Assembly (NCBI GenBank): GCA_944372505.1
Contig: CALVZK010000002.1
Span: 44,692 to 108,691 of the forward strand
From: an uncultured Clostridia bacterium
Lineage (GTDB): Bacteria > Bacillota > Clostridia > Christensenellales > UBA1242
DNA length: 64,000 nucleotides
Direction: 5' to 3'
The notes beneath the pieces are model-generated. The model made no database searches and was not told the origin of the DNA. It saw nothing but the letters and a program-made list of their open reading frames with translations. Positions 15,832 to 26,041 of this stretch are shown here, piece by piece. The translations under genes were made by a program, and so were the position numbers. The stretch's first letter is position 1; each line of letters begins with the position of its first letter.

Positions 15832-17640
15832 ATGGACAGAATGAAAAAAATTAGGAACTTTTGTATTATTGCTCATATTGATCATGGTAAATCAACTCTT
15901 GCAGATAGATTAATTGAAAAAACGGGAACATTGGAAAAAAGGGACATGCAATCCCAACTTTTAGACAGCATGGAACTTGAAAGAGAAAAGGGGATTACTA
16001 TTAAACTTACACCAACACGTATGGTTTATGATTATAACGGAGAAAAGTATGAGTTAAATTTAATTGACACTCCCGGACATGTCGATTTTACCTATGAAGT
16101 TTCAAGATCACTTGCTGCATGCGAAGGAGCTATTTTAATTGTTGATGCTACACAAGGCGTAGAGGCCCAAACTCTTGCTAACGCATATCTTGCAATAGAT
16201 AATAATCTTGAAATATTACCTGTTATAAATAAAATAGATTTGCCAAGTGCAAGGCCAGAAGAAGTTAAACAAGAGATTGAAGATGTTGTAGGAATTCCTG
16301 CAACGCATGCACCTTGTATTTCCGCTAAAGATGGAATAAACATTGAAGATGTTTTAGAAATGATTGTGAAAGAATTTCCATCTCCAAAAGGTGATGAAAA
16401 TGAAAAATTAAAATGTTTAATTTTTGATAGTTATTATGACAATTTTAAGGGTGCTATTTGTTTAGTTAGAATTTTTGATGGTAAAGTAAAAGTTGGCGAC
16501 AAAATACAAATGATGCATACTGGTAAAATTTATGATGTTACCGAAGTAGGCATTTTTGTACCTTTTTCAAAACCTTGTGAAATACTTAAAGCAGGAGATG
16601 TTGGTTATATTGCGGGATCTATAAAAAATATCAGTGACGTTGAAGTTGGTGACACAATTACTAATGCACTTAACCCAGTAGAAACACCATTGCCAGGTTA
16701 CAAAAAAGTCAAACCAGTTGTTTTTTGTGGGATTTTCCCTGTTGATGGAGCAAAATATAATGAACTTAAAGACGCTCTTGAAAAACTTAAATTAAATGAT
16801 GCTTCTCTAGAATATCAGCCTGAAGTATCACAGGCTTTAGGATTTGGTTTCCGTTGTGGTTTTTTAGGACTTTTACATCTTGAAATTATTACCGAAAGAA
16901 TTGAAAGGGAGTTTAATTTAGATATAATAACTACAGCTCCTAGCGTTTATTATAAAATACACAAAACAAATGGCGAAGTTTTACAATTATCCAATCCTTC
17001 CTCTCTTCCTCCTCCTGTAGAAATAGATTTTATTGAAGAACCTTTTGTTAAAGCTAATATATTCTTACCACCTCAATTTGTCGGTTCTGTTATGGAATTA
17101 TGTCAAGACAAAAGAGGAGAATATAAAGATATGATCTATCTTGATCAATCTAGAGTTAAGATTGTTTATCATCTCCCTCTTGGAGAAATAATTTACGACT
17201 TTTTCGATAGTTTGAAATCAAGAACTAGAGGTTATGCTAGTTTTGATTATGAAATTGGAGATTTTGTAAAAAGTGATTTAGTTAGACTTGATATTCTTTT
17301 AAATGGAGAAAAATGCGATGCTTTATCATTGATTGTGCACAAAGATAAGGCTTATTCAAGAGGTAGAGCTTTGGTTGAAAAACTTAAAAAAATAATTCCT
17401 AGACAACTTTTTGAAGTTCCAATTCAAGCCGCTATTGGGGGCAAAATAATTGCTAGAGAAACTGTTTCTGCCATGAGAAAAGATGTTCTTGCCAAATGTT
17501 ATGGAGGAGACATAACTAGGAAAAGAAAACTTTTAGAAAAACAAAAAGAAGGCAAGAAAAGAATGCGTAAGATAGGATCTGTTGAAATTCCTTCTTCTGC
17601 TTTTATGTCGATTTTAAAACTTGATGATGAAGATAAATAG
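15832..17640 (+). CDS. lepA: Elongation factor 4
   Basis: [29 protein letters not shown], and the characteristic C-terminal domain. Confidence 0.97.
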   Translation: MDRMKKIRNFCIIAHIDHGKSTLADRLIEKTGTLEKRDMQSQLLDSMELEREKGITIKLTPTRMVYDYNGEKYELNLIDTPGHVDFTYEVSRSLAACEGAILIVDATQGVEAQTLANAYLAIDNNLEILPVINKIDLPSARPEEVKQEIEDVVGIPATHAPCISAKDGINIEDVLEMIVKEFPSPKGDENEKLKCLIFDSYYDNFKGAICLVRIFDGKVKVGDKIQMMHTGKIYDVTEVGIFVPFSKPCEILKAGDVGYIAGSIKNISDVEVGDTITNALNPVETPLPGYKKVKPVVFCGIFPVDGAKYNELKDALEKLKLNDASLEYQPEVSQALGFGFRCGFLGLLHLEIITERIEREFNLDIITTAPSVYYKIHKTNGEVLQLSNPSSLPPPVEIDFIEEPFVKANIFLPPQFVGSVMELCQDKRGEYKDMIYLDQSRVKIVYHLPLGEIIYDFFDSLKSRTRGYASFDYEIGDFVKSDLVRLDILLNGEKCDALSLIVHKDKAYSRGRALVEKLKKIIPRQLFEVPIQAAIGGKIIARETVSAMRKDVLAKCYGGDITRKRKLLEKQKEGKKRMRKIGSVEIPSSAFMSILKLDDEDK

Positions 17641-17676
17641 GCTAGTTAACAGTTCATATTTAAATTAAGAGGTGTT

Positions 17677-18771
17677 ATGTTAGGAATATATGTTCATATT
17701 CCCTTTTGTGAAAGTAAATGTTGCTATTGCAGTTTTTCATCTTTTGTTAAAGACGAAAGTTTTATCAATCAATATATTAATTTCTTATGTAATGAAATAG
17801 AGACCAGCAATTTAAAAAATAACGAGATAGATAGTATATATATAGGGGGAGGAACGCCTAGTTTATTAGATGCTAAACAAATAGAAAAAATTTTAAATTC
17901 TATAAAAAATACATTCACTTTAGATAAAAAGTGTGAAATAACAATAGAATGTAATCCAAATTCAATAAATTTTGATAAACTTATCAAGTTTAAAAACTAT
18001 GGAATAAATAGAATTTCTTTAGGGGTACAAAGTGTTTATGATGAAGATTTAAAGTTTTTGTGTAGGAAACATAATGTTAAACAAGTTTTTGATGCTCTTG
18101 ACAACATAAATTTAGCTGGATTCGAAAATATAAGTGTAGATTTATTATTAGGATTAAAAAATTCTAGTTTTGATAAATTTAAAAATCAGATTGATATTCT
18201 TTTGAATAAAGGTGTAAAGCATTTTTCATGTTATATGTTACAAGTTGAACAAGGGACTAAACTAAAAATGATGTATGATAATGACAGCTCTTGTATTTTA
18301 AATAATGAAAATTGTGTTTCTTTATTTCAGCAAGTTTCTAGTTATTTTAATAAATTAGGATTTATTCATTATGAAATATCTAATTTTGCGTTACCAGGTT
18401 ATAAAAGTTTACATAACTATAAATATTGGTCGGGAGAACCTTACATAGGATTTGGTCTTTCTGCTCACTCATATCTAAATGGAAAAAGAATAGCCAATGC
18501 TTATAACTTTGATAAATATTTTTCTAACGAGAAAGAATTTGTTGAATTATTAAATAATAGTGAGTTAATAGAAGAGCATATTATGCTCGGTTTAAGATAT
18601 GAAGGGGGAGTTGATATAAATTATTTAAATAAATTAGGCTACGATATTATGCAAAATGACAATTTAAAAAAATATTTAAATCAAAATGTTATATTTAAAA
18701 AGAAGAATAGGCTTTACCTTAACGAAAAATTCTATAGTGTCAACAATATTATTATTCTTGATTTAATTTAA
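17677..18771 (+). CDS. hemW: Radical SAM heme chaperone HemW (HemN-like)
   Basis: YVHIPFCESKCCYCSF (CxxxCxxC). Conserved position after lepA. Confidence 0.85.
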   Translation: MLGIYVHIPFCESKCCYCSFSSFVKDESFINQYINFLCNEIETSNLKNNEIDSIYIGGGTPSLLDAKQIEKILNSIKNTFTLDKKCEITIECNPNSINFDKLIKFKNYGINRISLGVQSVYDEDLKFLCRKHNVKQVFDALDNINLAGFENISVDLLLGLKNSSFDKFKNQIDILLNKGVKHFSCYMLQVEQGTKLKMMYDNDSSCILNNENCVSLFQQVSSYFNKLGFIHYEISNFALPGYKSLHNYKYWSGEPYIGFGLSAHSYLNGKRIANAYNFDKYFSNEKEFVELLNNSELIEEHIMLGLRYEGGVDINYLNKLGYDIMQNDNLKKYLNQNVIFKKKNRLYLNEKFYSVNNIIILDLI

Positions 18772-18844
18772 ATTTTTTAAAAATAGTTGATTTTTATTTT
18801 TTATTGTGTTATTATATAGTCAAGCATTTTTGCTTTACAAAATT

Positions 18845-19129
18845 ATGAAGATTGAAAAAAATTTGTATTTATCTAAATTATTCGATGCTTATGGCAAATT
18901 GTTAAGTGCTAGACAAAAAGAAATTTGCTATTTTGTTTTAAATGATGATTTGACATTAAGTGAAATCGCTCAAAATTTAGGGATTTCGAGGCAAGCTGTT
19001 CTTGATGGCTTAAATAAAGCCGAAAAAAAATTGTTGGAATTTGAAGAACAACTTTCTTTTGTAAAACAGATCTCATTATTAGAAGATGAGATTAAAATGC
19101 TTAAAAACAAATTAAGGAAGGAGGGCTAA
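18845..19129 (+). CDS. ylxM: YlxM/UPF0122 HTH protein
   Basis: LFDAYGKLLSARQKEICYFVLNDDLTLSEIAQNLGISRQAV. Immediately upstream of ffh. Confidence 0.85.
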   Translation: MKIEKNLYLSKLFDAYGKLLSARQKEICYFVLNDDLTLSEIAQNLGISRQAVLDGLNKAEKKLLEFEEQLSFVKQISLLEDEIKMLKNKLRKEG

Positions 19130-20439
19130 TGGCACTTTTTTCATCATTATCAGAAAAATTTAACCATATATTTTCGAAGCTCACCAAAAGAGGAAGACTT
19201 ACCGAACTTGAAATTAAAGAGGCTATGAGGGAAGTTCGAATTGCTTTACTTGAAGCAGATGTCAATTATTTAGTTGCAAAAGACTTTGTTAAGGAAGTTT
19301 CTCAAAAGGCTGTTGGAGATGAAGTTCTTAAAAGTCTTACTCCTGCTCAGCAAGTTATTAAGATTGTTAAAGATGAACTTGTAAATTTAATGTCTTCAAA
19401 TAATCAAAAATTATCAGTTTCTTCTGCTCCTCCTACTGTCATTATGATGTGCGGGCTTCAGGGTGCAGGGAAAACCACAATGTGTGCTAAATTAGGGGCG
19501 TATCTCAAAAAATCCGGCAAAAAACCTTTACTTGTTGCTTGTGATATTTATCGTCCTGCTGCAATTAATCAGTTGCAAGTTGTGGGTAAACAAGCAAATG
19601 TTGAAGTTTTTGAAAAGGGGAAACAAAATCCTGTTAAAACTGCGTCTGAAGCAGTTGAATACGCAAAAAAGCAAGGATTAGATACGGTTATCATCGATAC
19701 TGCTGGGCGTTTGCATATCAATGAAGAGCTGATGAATGAATTAAAGGATATTAAGAAAAAAGTTAATCCTACGGAAGTTATTCTTGTTGTCGATGCTATG
19801 ACGGGGCAAGATGCTGTTACTGTTAGTGAAACATTTAACAATAATCTTGACATTACAGGCGTTATTTTGACCAAGCTGGATGGTGATACACGTGGTGGTG
19901 CTGCTCTTTCTATAAAAGCGATTACTGGCAAACCAATTAAATTCTGTGGGGTTGGTGAAAAAATCGGTGATATAGAACCTTTTTATCCTGATCGTATTGC
20001 TAGTAGAATTTTAGGTATGGGAGATGTTCTTTCTCTTATCGAAAAAGCTCAAGAAGCAGTAACAGAAGAAGAAGCAAAAGAAATGGAAAGAAAATTTCGT
20101 GAAAATTCATTTACTTTTGATGATTATCTTAAACAAATTGACAGCCTTAAAAAAATGGGTAATTTAAAAGATGTAATTTCTATGATTCCGGGTATTGGCA
20201 ACAAAATTAAAAATTTAGATATTGATGAAAGACAAATGCTTGTTAATAAAGCAATAATTCAATCTATGACCCCTCAGGAAAGACAACATCCTGAAATTAT
20301 TAAGGCTAGCAGAAGAGTCCGTATCGCTAATGGTAGCGGTACCTCCGTTCAACAAGTAAATCAACTTCTTAAGCAATTTGAACAATCTAAAGAAATGATG
20401 AAACAACTTAAAGGCGGAAAATTTAAAAAATTCTTTTAG
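19129..20439 (+). CDS. ffh: Signal recognition particle protein
   Basis: GLQGAGKTT, DTAGRL, TKLDGD, Met-rich C-terminal M domain. Confidence 0.97.
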   Translation: MALFSSLSEKFNHIFSKLTKRGRLTELEIKEAMREVRIALLEADVNYLVAKDFVKEVSQKAVGDEVLKSLTPAQQVIKIVKDELVNLMSSNNQKLSVSSAPPTVIMMCGLQGAGKTTMCAKLGAYLKKSGKKPLLVACDIYRPAAINQLQVVGKQANVEVFEKGKQNPVKTASEAVEYAKKQGLDTVIIDTAGRLHINEELMNELKDIKKKVNPTEVILVVDAMTGQDAVTVSETFNNNLDITGVILTKLDGDTRGGAALSIKAITGKPIKFCGVGEKIGDIEPFYPDRIASRILGMGDVLSLIEKAQEAVTEEEAKEMERKFRENSFTFDDYLKQIDSLKKMGNLKDVISMIPGIGNKIKNLDIDERQMLVNKAIIQSMTPQERQHPEIIKASRRVRIANGSGTSVQQVNQLLKQFEQSKEMMKQLKGGKFKKFF

Positions 20440-20508
20440 GTATCAATCACATTTTAAAATGTGTTAGATATAGACTTACTTAAGTCAAATTTTATAAAGG
20501 AGGAAATT

Positions 20509-20766
20509 ATGGCAGTAAAAATCAGACTTACAAGAATGGGAGATAAAAAATCACCTTTCTACAGAGTAATCGTTGCAGATTCTAAGGCTCCTAGAGATGG
20601 CAAATTCATTGACATTATTGGAACTTATAATCCTCTTAAAGATCCTGCAGAAATCAACATTGATACACAAAAAGCTGAAAAATGGCTTAAAAATGGCGCA
20701 CTCCCTACTGATACAGCAAAAGATATTCTTGTAAAAAGTGGCGTTATTGAAAAGAAAAACAAATAA
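20509..20766 (+). CDS. rpsP: 30S ribosomal protein S16
   Basis: [24 protein letters not shown] after an AGGAGG RBS. Confidence 0.95.
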   Translation: MAVKIRLTRMGDKKSPFYRVIVADSKAPRDGKFIDIIGTYNPLKDPAEINIDTQKAEKWLKNGALPTDTAKDILVKSGVIEKKNK

Positions 20767-20779
20767 TTAGGAGATTTTT

Positions 20780-21019
20780 ATGGAAAAACTAGTTGAATAT
20801 ATTGTTAAAAGTCTTGTTTTAGATGAAGCAAGTGTAAAGGTTACTAGTGAAGAAGATGGTGATGCTACTATTATTCATGTTAGTGTTGCCCCAGACGATC
20901 TTGGCAGAGTAATTGGCAAATCTGGAAGGGTTGCCTCTAGCATTAGATCTATTGTAAAATCTATAAGTGCTAGATCTCATAAAAAAGTTTTTGTTAAATT
21001 TGGAGAACAAAATGCTTGA
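20780..21019 (+). CDS. KH-domain RNA-binding protein (YlqC-like)
   Basis: LGRVIGKSGRVASSIRSIV. Conserved rpsP-KH-rimM order. Confidence 0.85.
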   Translation: MEKLVEYIVKSLVLDEASVKVTSEEDGDATIIHVSVAPDDLGRVIGKSGRVASSIRSIVKSISARSHKKVFVKFGEQNA

Positions 21020-21497
21020 GATAGCAAAAATTTTAAAACCGCAAGGAATTAAGGGAGAAGTTAAAGCTTTACCTTTGACAAATGTCCTTGCTGTTTTTAA
21101 ATCTTTAAAAAATGTTTTTGTACAGTCAAAAGAAATGACGATTGAAAAAATTTCCATGCGTCAAGGTTTTTTGTATATAAAATTTTCTGAAATTAATTCT
21201 AGAAACGATGCAGAACTTTTAAGAAATTTAAAGTTGTATGTTTCTAAAGATTATTTACAGAATTTTAAACAAGATGATGAATTTTTTATTGATGATCTTA
21301 TAGGCATGGTCATTTATGACGAAAATAATATTTTGGTTGGTCAAATTGTTGATGTTATCAATTATGGGAGTTGTGATATTTTTTTGATAGAGAAAGAAGG
21401 AAGACAATTTCAAGTGCCATTTGTTGATGGCGTTTTTGAGAAAAAAGAAGATAGGCTTATAGCTAATAGCGAAAAAATTAAAGAGGTTATGATATGA
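21012..21497 (+). CDS. rimM: Ribosome maturation factor RimM
   Basis: IAKILKPQGIKGEVKA. Start at the ATG after a GGAG RBS, overlapping the KH gene stop. Confidence 0.9.
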   Translation: MLEIAKILKPQGIKGEVKALPLTNVLAVFKSLKNVFVQSKEMTIEKISMRQGFLYIKFSEINSRNDAELLRNLKLYVSKDYLQNFKQDDEFFIDDLIGMVIYDENNILVGQIVDVINYGSCDIFLIEKEGRQFQVPFVDGVFEKKEDRLIANSEKIKEVMI

Positions 21498-22168
21498 TTA
21501 TTGATATTTTAACTCTTTTCCCAGAAAGTTTTTCTTATCTCAATGAAAGTATTATTAAAAGAGCTAAAGAAAAAGGGATTCTTACTATTAACATTATAGA
21601 TATTCGTTCTTTTTCTAAAGATAAACATAAAAAATGTGATGATTATCCTTTTGGAGGAGGCGCAGGAATGTTGATGTGTGCACAACCTATTTATGATGCT
21701 GTAAAAAGTGTGCAAAATGATTCGTCTAAAATCGTGTTACCTTCTCCTAGCGGTCAAATATTCAATATGAATCTAGCAAAAAAACTTGCCAAAGAAGACC
21801 ATTTAATTTTTATTTGTGGACATTATGAAGGAATAGATCAAAGAATTATTGATATTTTTGATCCTTTAGAAATTTCAATAGGCGATTATGTTTTAACGGG
21901 GGGTGAACTTGCTAGTATGGTAATTATTGATACTTTAATTAGGCAAGTAGATGGAGTTATAACAAAAGAAAGTCTTGACGAAGAAAGTTTTAATAATGGT
22001 AGTCTTGAATATCCACAGTATACTAGACCGCAAAATTTTATGGGACATATTGTACCTGAAGTTTTAGTAAGTGGTAATCATCAGCAAATTTTTGATTGGA
22101 GAAAAAAGCAGTCTTTAAAAAAAACAAAAAATATTCGTCCTGATCTAATTAAAGGAGAAAACAAATAA
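21494..22168 (+). CDS. trmD: tRNA (guanine37-N1)-methyltransferase
   Basis: ILTLFPE, DDYPFGGGAGM, CGHYEGIDQR, GDYVLTGGE. Confidence 0.95.
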   Translation: MIIDILTLFPESFSYLNESIIKRAKEKGILTINIIDIRSFSKDKHKKCDDYPFGGGAGMLMCAQPIYDAVKSVQNDSSKIVLPSPSGQIFNMNLAKKLAKEDHLIFICGHYEGIDQRIIDIFDPLEISIGDYVLTGGELASMVIIDTLIRQVDGVITKESLDEESFNNGSLEYPQYTRPQNFMGHIVPEVLVSGNHQQIFDWRKKQSLKKTKNIRPDLIKGENK

Positions 22169-22830
22169 TGAAAATAGGCGTTATTATCGCATGTGAGGAA
22201 GAATTTAATGCTTTTATAAAAAAATTAGAAAAAATTAAAATTGTAAAAAAAAATAACTTTGTATTTTATAAAGGAATTTACAACAGAAAGAAAATATTTT
22301 TAATAAAAAGCGGAGTTGGTAAGACTAATGCAAGTTTTTGCTGTCAAAAATTGATTGATAGTTTTAAATTTGATTTACTTTTAAATATTGGGGCATGCGG
22401 TGGACTAAATAGTGAATTTAATATAGGCGATATTTTATTGATAGATAAATGTTATTTTTGGGATTTTAAACAAATATTTATGAATGAAGAAATTCGACAA
22501 ATTAGTATAGATGAAAACATTTTAAATTTCGCACAAAACATTATAAAAGATGTAAAAATTTGTTCACTAGCTACTGGAGATGATTTTGTAGAGGATATAA
22601 ATATAAAAAACAGAATTATAAGTGATTTTAATGCTTATGCCTGTGATATGGAAGGTATGGCTATAAGTCAGGTATGTTTTAAAAATAAAGTTAAATTTTT
22701 ACTTATTAAATGTGTATCAGATAATGGTGAAAGCATGCAAATGTTTGAAGATAATTTTGTAAGTGTTAGTGAAAAAGTTGCAATTTGTGCATTAAAAATT
22801 ATTGATAAAATAAATTATAAAGTTTTATAG
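22168..22830 (+). CDS. mtnN: MTA/SAH nucleosidase (PNP_UDP_1 family)
   Basis: MKIGVIIACEEE, SGVGKTNAS, GACGGL, ACDMEGMAI. Confidence 0.7.
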   Translation: MKIGVIIACEEEFNAFIKKLEKIKIVKKNNFVFYKGIYNRKKIFLIKSGVGKTNASFCCQKLIDSFKFDLLLNIGACGGLNSEFNIGDILLIDKCYFWDFKQIFMNEEIRQISIDENILNFAQNIIKDVKICSLATGDDFVEDINIKNRIISDFNAYACDMEGMAISQVCFKNKVKFLLIKCVSDNGESMQMFEDNFVSVSEKVAICALKIIDKINYKVL

Positions 22831-22848
22831 TAAAATGGGTGGATTTTT

Positions 22849-23682
22849 ATGGAAGAAAAGAGAATTAATAAAATTAACTGGTTTCCTGGGCATATGACAA
22901 AAACTTTAAAGGAAATCAAAAGATTACTTTTAAATATTGATGTTGTGATATATATTTTAGATTCACGTGCACCAATTTCTTCTATTAATCCTTCACTTAA
23001 TAAGCTTTCACAAAATAAACCTGTTCTATATATATTTAACAAAATTGACTTGGCAGATGAACAAAGAGTAAAAGAAATTGCTAAAAATTATAAAACAGAA
23101 AATAGTGATTATTTAATTTTAAATAGTATTTCTACAAATAATTCAATGAAAATTAAGCAAAAAATATTATTTTTAGGAAAAGACAAAATAGATAAATTTT
23201 CTAAAAAAGGTATTAATGCAATAATTAGAGCCATCGTAATTGGGGTTCCTAACTCCGGTAAAAGTACACTTGTTAATTCTTTGTGTAAGAAAAGCAAAGC
23301 GTTGACCGGTAATCGACCTGGGGTTACGAAACAAATTCAGTGGGTGGCAATAGGTGACAATATTGAATTATGTGATACCCCAGGTACTTTATATCCTAAT
23401 CTTCAAAATCAAGATGTAGCAAAGAAGTTATTTTTTATTGGTAGTATTAAAGATGATGTTATTGTAGACATTTGTGAACTTGCACAAGATTTAATTAATG
23501 TTTTAAATTTAAAATACCAGACAAATTGGCAAAATAGATATCAAGATGCACATACTTTAGAAGAAGTGGCACAAAAAAGAGGATTTATTCTTTCTAAAGG
23601 GGAGTTGGATATTGAACGTGCAGCATATGCAATAATAGATGACTTTAGAAAAGGAAGAATTGGGAGGATAACTCTTGACTGA
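22849..23682 (+). CDS. rbgA: Ribosome biogenesis GTPase A
   Basis: INWFPGHMTKT, circularly permuted GTPase (NKIDL ... GVPNSGKST ... DTPG). Confidence 0.92.
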   Translation: MEEKRINKINWFPGHMTKTLKEIKRLLLNIDVVIYILDSRAPISSINPSLNKLSQNKPVLYIFNKIDLADEQRVKEIAKNYKTENSDYLILNSISTNNSMKIKQKILFLGKDKIDKFSKKGINAIIRAIVIGVPNSGKSTLVNSLCKKSKALTGNRPGVTKQIQWVAIGDNIELCDTPGTLYPNLQNQDVAKKLFFIGSIKDDVIVDICELAQDLINVLNLKYQTNWQNRYQDAHTLEEVAQKRGFILSKGELDIERAAYAIIDDFRKGRIGRITLD

Positions 23683-24029
23683 TGAAAAAAAATTTTAATT
23701 TAATAGAAGGTACAAAAGGTGAATTATTAGCAATTAATTATTTAAAGAAAATTAAATACAACATAATTGAGACAAATTATAAAAATAAATTAGGTGAAAT
23801 TGATATAATTGCTAAGATTAATAATACAATTGTTTTTGTTGAAGTGAAAGAAAGAGAAACATCTTTATTTGGAAGACCTTGCGAAGCGGTAGATTACGTT
23901 AAACAAAATAAAATAAGAAATGTTGCAACTTTGTATTTAATTAAAAATAAACTTATGGATAGTCTTGTAAGATTTGATGTTATTGAAGTTATTGACAACA
24001 AAATAAATCATATTATTAATGCTTTTTAA
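23682..24029 (+). CDS. YraN family endonuclease-like protein (UPF0102)
   Basis: GELLAINYLKK.GY.II..NY....GEIDIIA......VFVEVK.R. Confidence 0.8.
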   Translation: MKKNFNLIEGTKGELLAINYLKKIKYNIIETNYKNKLGEIDIIAKINNTIVFVEVKERETSLFGRPCEAVDYVKQNKIRNVATLYLIKNKLMDSLVRFDVIEVIDNKINHIINAF

Positions 24030-24051
24030 AACGCACATATGCGTTTTTTTT
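24028..24051 (+). terminator. Rho-independent terminator
   Basis: AAAACGCA-CATA-TGCGTTTT hairpin plus T-run. Confidence 0.7.
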
Positions 24052-24094
24052 AATTTAAAGGTTTAATTTTGTTTAATTTGGCAATATTTTATCT

Positions 24095-24604
24095 ATGAAA
24101 AAAAGTTTATCATTTATATTTATAGTTATTTTATTTTTAAGTTCTTTTGCATTATTTTCTTGTGAAGGAGCTGCATTTTTAAAATGTGCAACTATTAGCG
24201 ATGTTACAGCAACTAATAGTGATGATTATGCAATAAAAATTAGCTTTTTTCAAGATAAAAGACTAGAAGATAAATATGTAGACATTCAGGTAAAATCAAA
24301 TAAAGTTGCTGATATTGTTGTATGGGAAGAAAATAAAGACAAAGTAACAATATCATTAGATGATTATGACGAATGGTTCTCTCTTACGAGCTTAATTTGT
24401 TATGGAGAAGGGAAAGAGGGACAAGAAAAATTTGATAAGTTTAGTGAAAGCTATCAAAAAACATATTTATTTAATTATGATGGGAAATTGAACTTGACTT
24501 TTAGAGTTATTGTTGGAGATGTAGAAGATAATATAAATGGTACTGGAGAAATTCTTTTAGGTAGTGAAGTTATTTCAAAGCAGTTTACTTTAAATATAAA
24601 ATAA
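24095..24604 (+). CDS. Lipoprotein, unknown function
   Basis: Signal peptide with lipobox-like ALFSC. Confidence 0.6.
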   Translation: MKKSLSFIFIVILFLSSFALFSCEGAAFLKCATISDVTATNSDDYAIKISFFQDKRLEDKYVDIQVKSNKVADIVVWEENKDKVTISLDDYDEWFSLTSLICYGEGKEGQEKFDKFSESYQKTYLFNYDGKLNLTFRVIVGDVEDNINGTGEILLGSEVISKQFTLNIK

Positions 24605-24677
24605 AAGTGAATTTACTTTTATTTTTTTTATTTTTATAGTATTATATATTAGATAAAGTTTTACATGAGGTGTTTTT

Positions 24678-25328
24678 ATGATTAAAGCAAAAAATCTATT
24701 TTTAAGATATACAAGAGAATTTTATGCTCTTTACAATATTAATTTAGATATTGAAGATGGCGAAAGCGTAGCCTTTGTTGGCGAAGATGAAAGTGGGAAA
24801 ACTAGTCTTCTTCGTATTTTTGCTAAACTTGAAAGTCCCTCTAAAGGAGAATTATACATTAAAGAAATTCCTATTGAAAAATTAAATTATAAGACCGATC
24901 TACAAGCAGGATATGTACCGGCTAGTCCTGTTTTTTTAGAAAAAAAATCTGTTTATGAAAACTTTAAGTTTGCTCTAAAAAATTGGGGATTAAGCGATAG
25001 TGAAATCGAAAATAAAATAAATGAAACAATTATCGAATATTCTATTGAAAAAATTAAAGATACAAAAATAAAAGATTTATCTTTAGATGAAAAATATATT
25101 TTATCATTGATAAGATTATCTTTTAGAGATTTAGATTTGTTGATGATAGATAATATTTTTGATAATATTAGTGAAGCAACTAGTGAAGTTGCCATAAATT
25201 TAATTAAATCTTTAAAAAATAAAAAAACTACATTAGTTGTTGCAACCACAAAAGAAGATATAGCAAAAAAATTATGTAAACGTAAAATTTATTTTAAATA
25301 TGGTTCAATTGTTGATAAATTAGATTAA
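24678..25328 (+). CDS. ABC-ATPase-like protein with degenerate catalytic motifs
   Basis: Walker A GEDESGKT is kept. The signature is LSLDE rather than LSGGQ, Walker B is LLMIDN rather than ..DE, and there is no H-loop His. Confidence 0.6.
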   Translation: MIKAKNLFLRYTREFYALYNINLDIEDGESVAFVGEDESGKTSLLRIFAKLESPSKGELYIKEIPIEKLNYKTDLQAGYVPASPVFLEKKSVYENFKFALKNWGLSDSEIENKINETIIEYSIEKIKDTKIKDLSLDEKYILSLIRLSFRDLDLLMIDNIFDNISEATSEVAINLIKSLKNKKTTLVVATTKEDIAKKLCKRKIYFKYGSIVDKLD

Positions 25329-25330
25329 TA

Positions 25331-25675
25331 TTATAAAAGTATTTCGCCTGGAGGATTTTTGTTGTCCTCTTTTTTTATGTTTTGATTATCTGTTGAATTA
25401 GTTTTAAAAATATTTGTTAATGAAGACAAATTGTTATTTTTGCCTAAAATTGATAGTAACATTGGCATTATATTTTCAAATTGATTATTATTTGTGTTTG
25501 TGTTAAACGAGGAATCTTGTACGTTGTTATTTTGATAGGCTTCAAATGGATAATTATTAAATGCAGAATTCTGATTTTTTTCGTTGTTTAAGTTTTGGTT
25601 GTTAAAAAATTGATTGCCAAATGTTTGCCCACCTAAAAATTTAGAAATTATTTCAAAAATTGGATTATTGTTCAT
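25331..25675 (-). CDS. Asn/Gln-rich low-complexity protein
   Basis: 114-aa ORF, strongly N/Q/F biased. Coding status rests on ORF length only. Confidence 0.4.
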   Translation of the reverse strand: MNNNPIFEIISKFLGGQTFGNQFFNNQNLNNEKNQNSAFNNYPFEAYQNNNVQDSSFNTNTNNNQFENIMPMLLSILGKNNNLSSLTNIFKTNSTDNQNIKKEDNKNPPGEILL

Positions 25676-25771
25676 ATTATATTATATATTATCAAATTCA
25701 ATATAATGTGCTTTATAAAATATTGTGAAATCTTTTTATAGTTTTTCATATATTGAATTAGGAGTATTTAT

Positions 25772-26041
25772 ATGACTAAGATTTCAGAATTTAATATCAA
25801 CAATAAAGATTTTGATAAAACTAAAAATGTTACAGAAGAAGAAATTTATCAAAAATATAATCAATATAAGAATTTGTCACAAAACGAACTTAATAGTGAG
25901 CTTCTAAAAGAAGTAACTCGTCAAAAAGCAAATGGGACGTTTGATTATAAAAAACTTGAAAATATGCTAGAAAGTATAAAAGATATGATAGGATTTGAAA
26001 ATTATCAAAATATGAAAAAAATACTAGAGAGTTTAAAATGA
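25772..26041 (+). CDS. Small hypothetical protein
   Basis: 89 aa with a GGAG RBS. ATGA stop/start overlap with the S8 protease gene. Confidence 0.55.
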   Translation: MTKISEFNINNKDFDKTKNVTEEEIYQKYNQYKNLSQNELNSELLKEVTRQKANGTFDYKKLENMLESIKDMIGFENYQNMKKILESLK

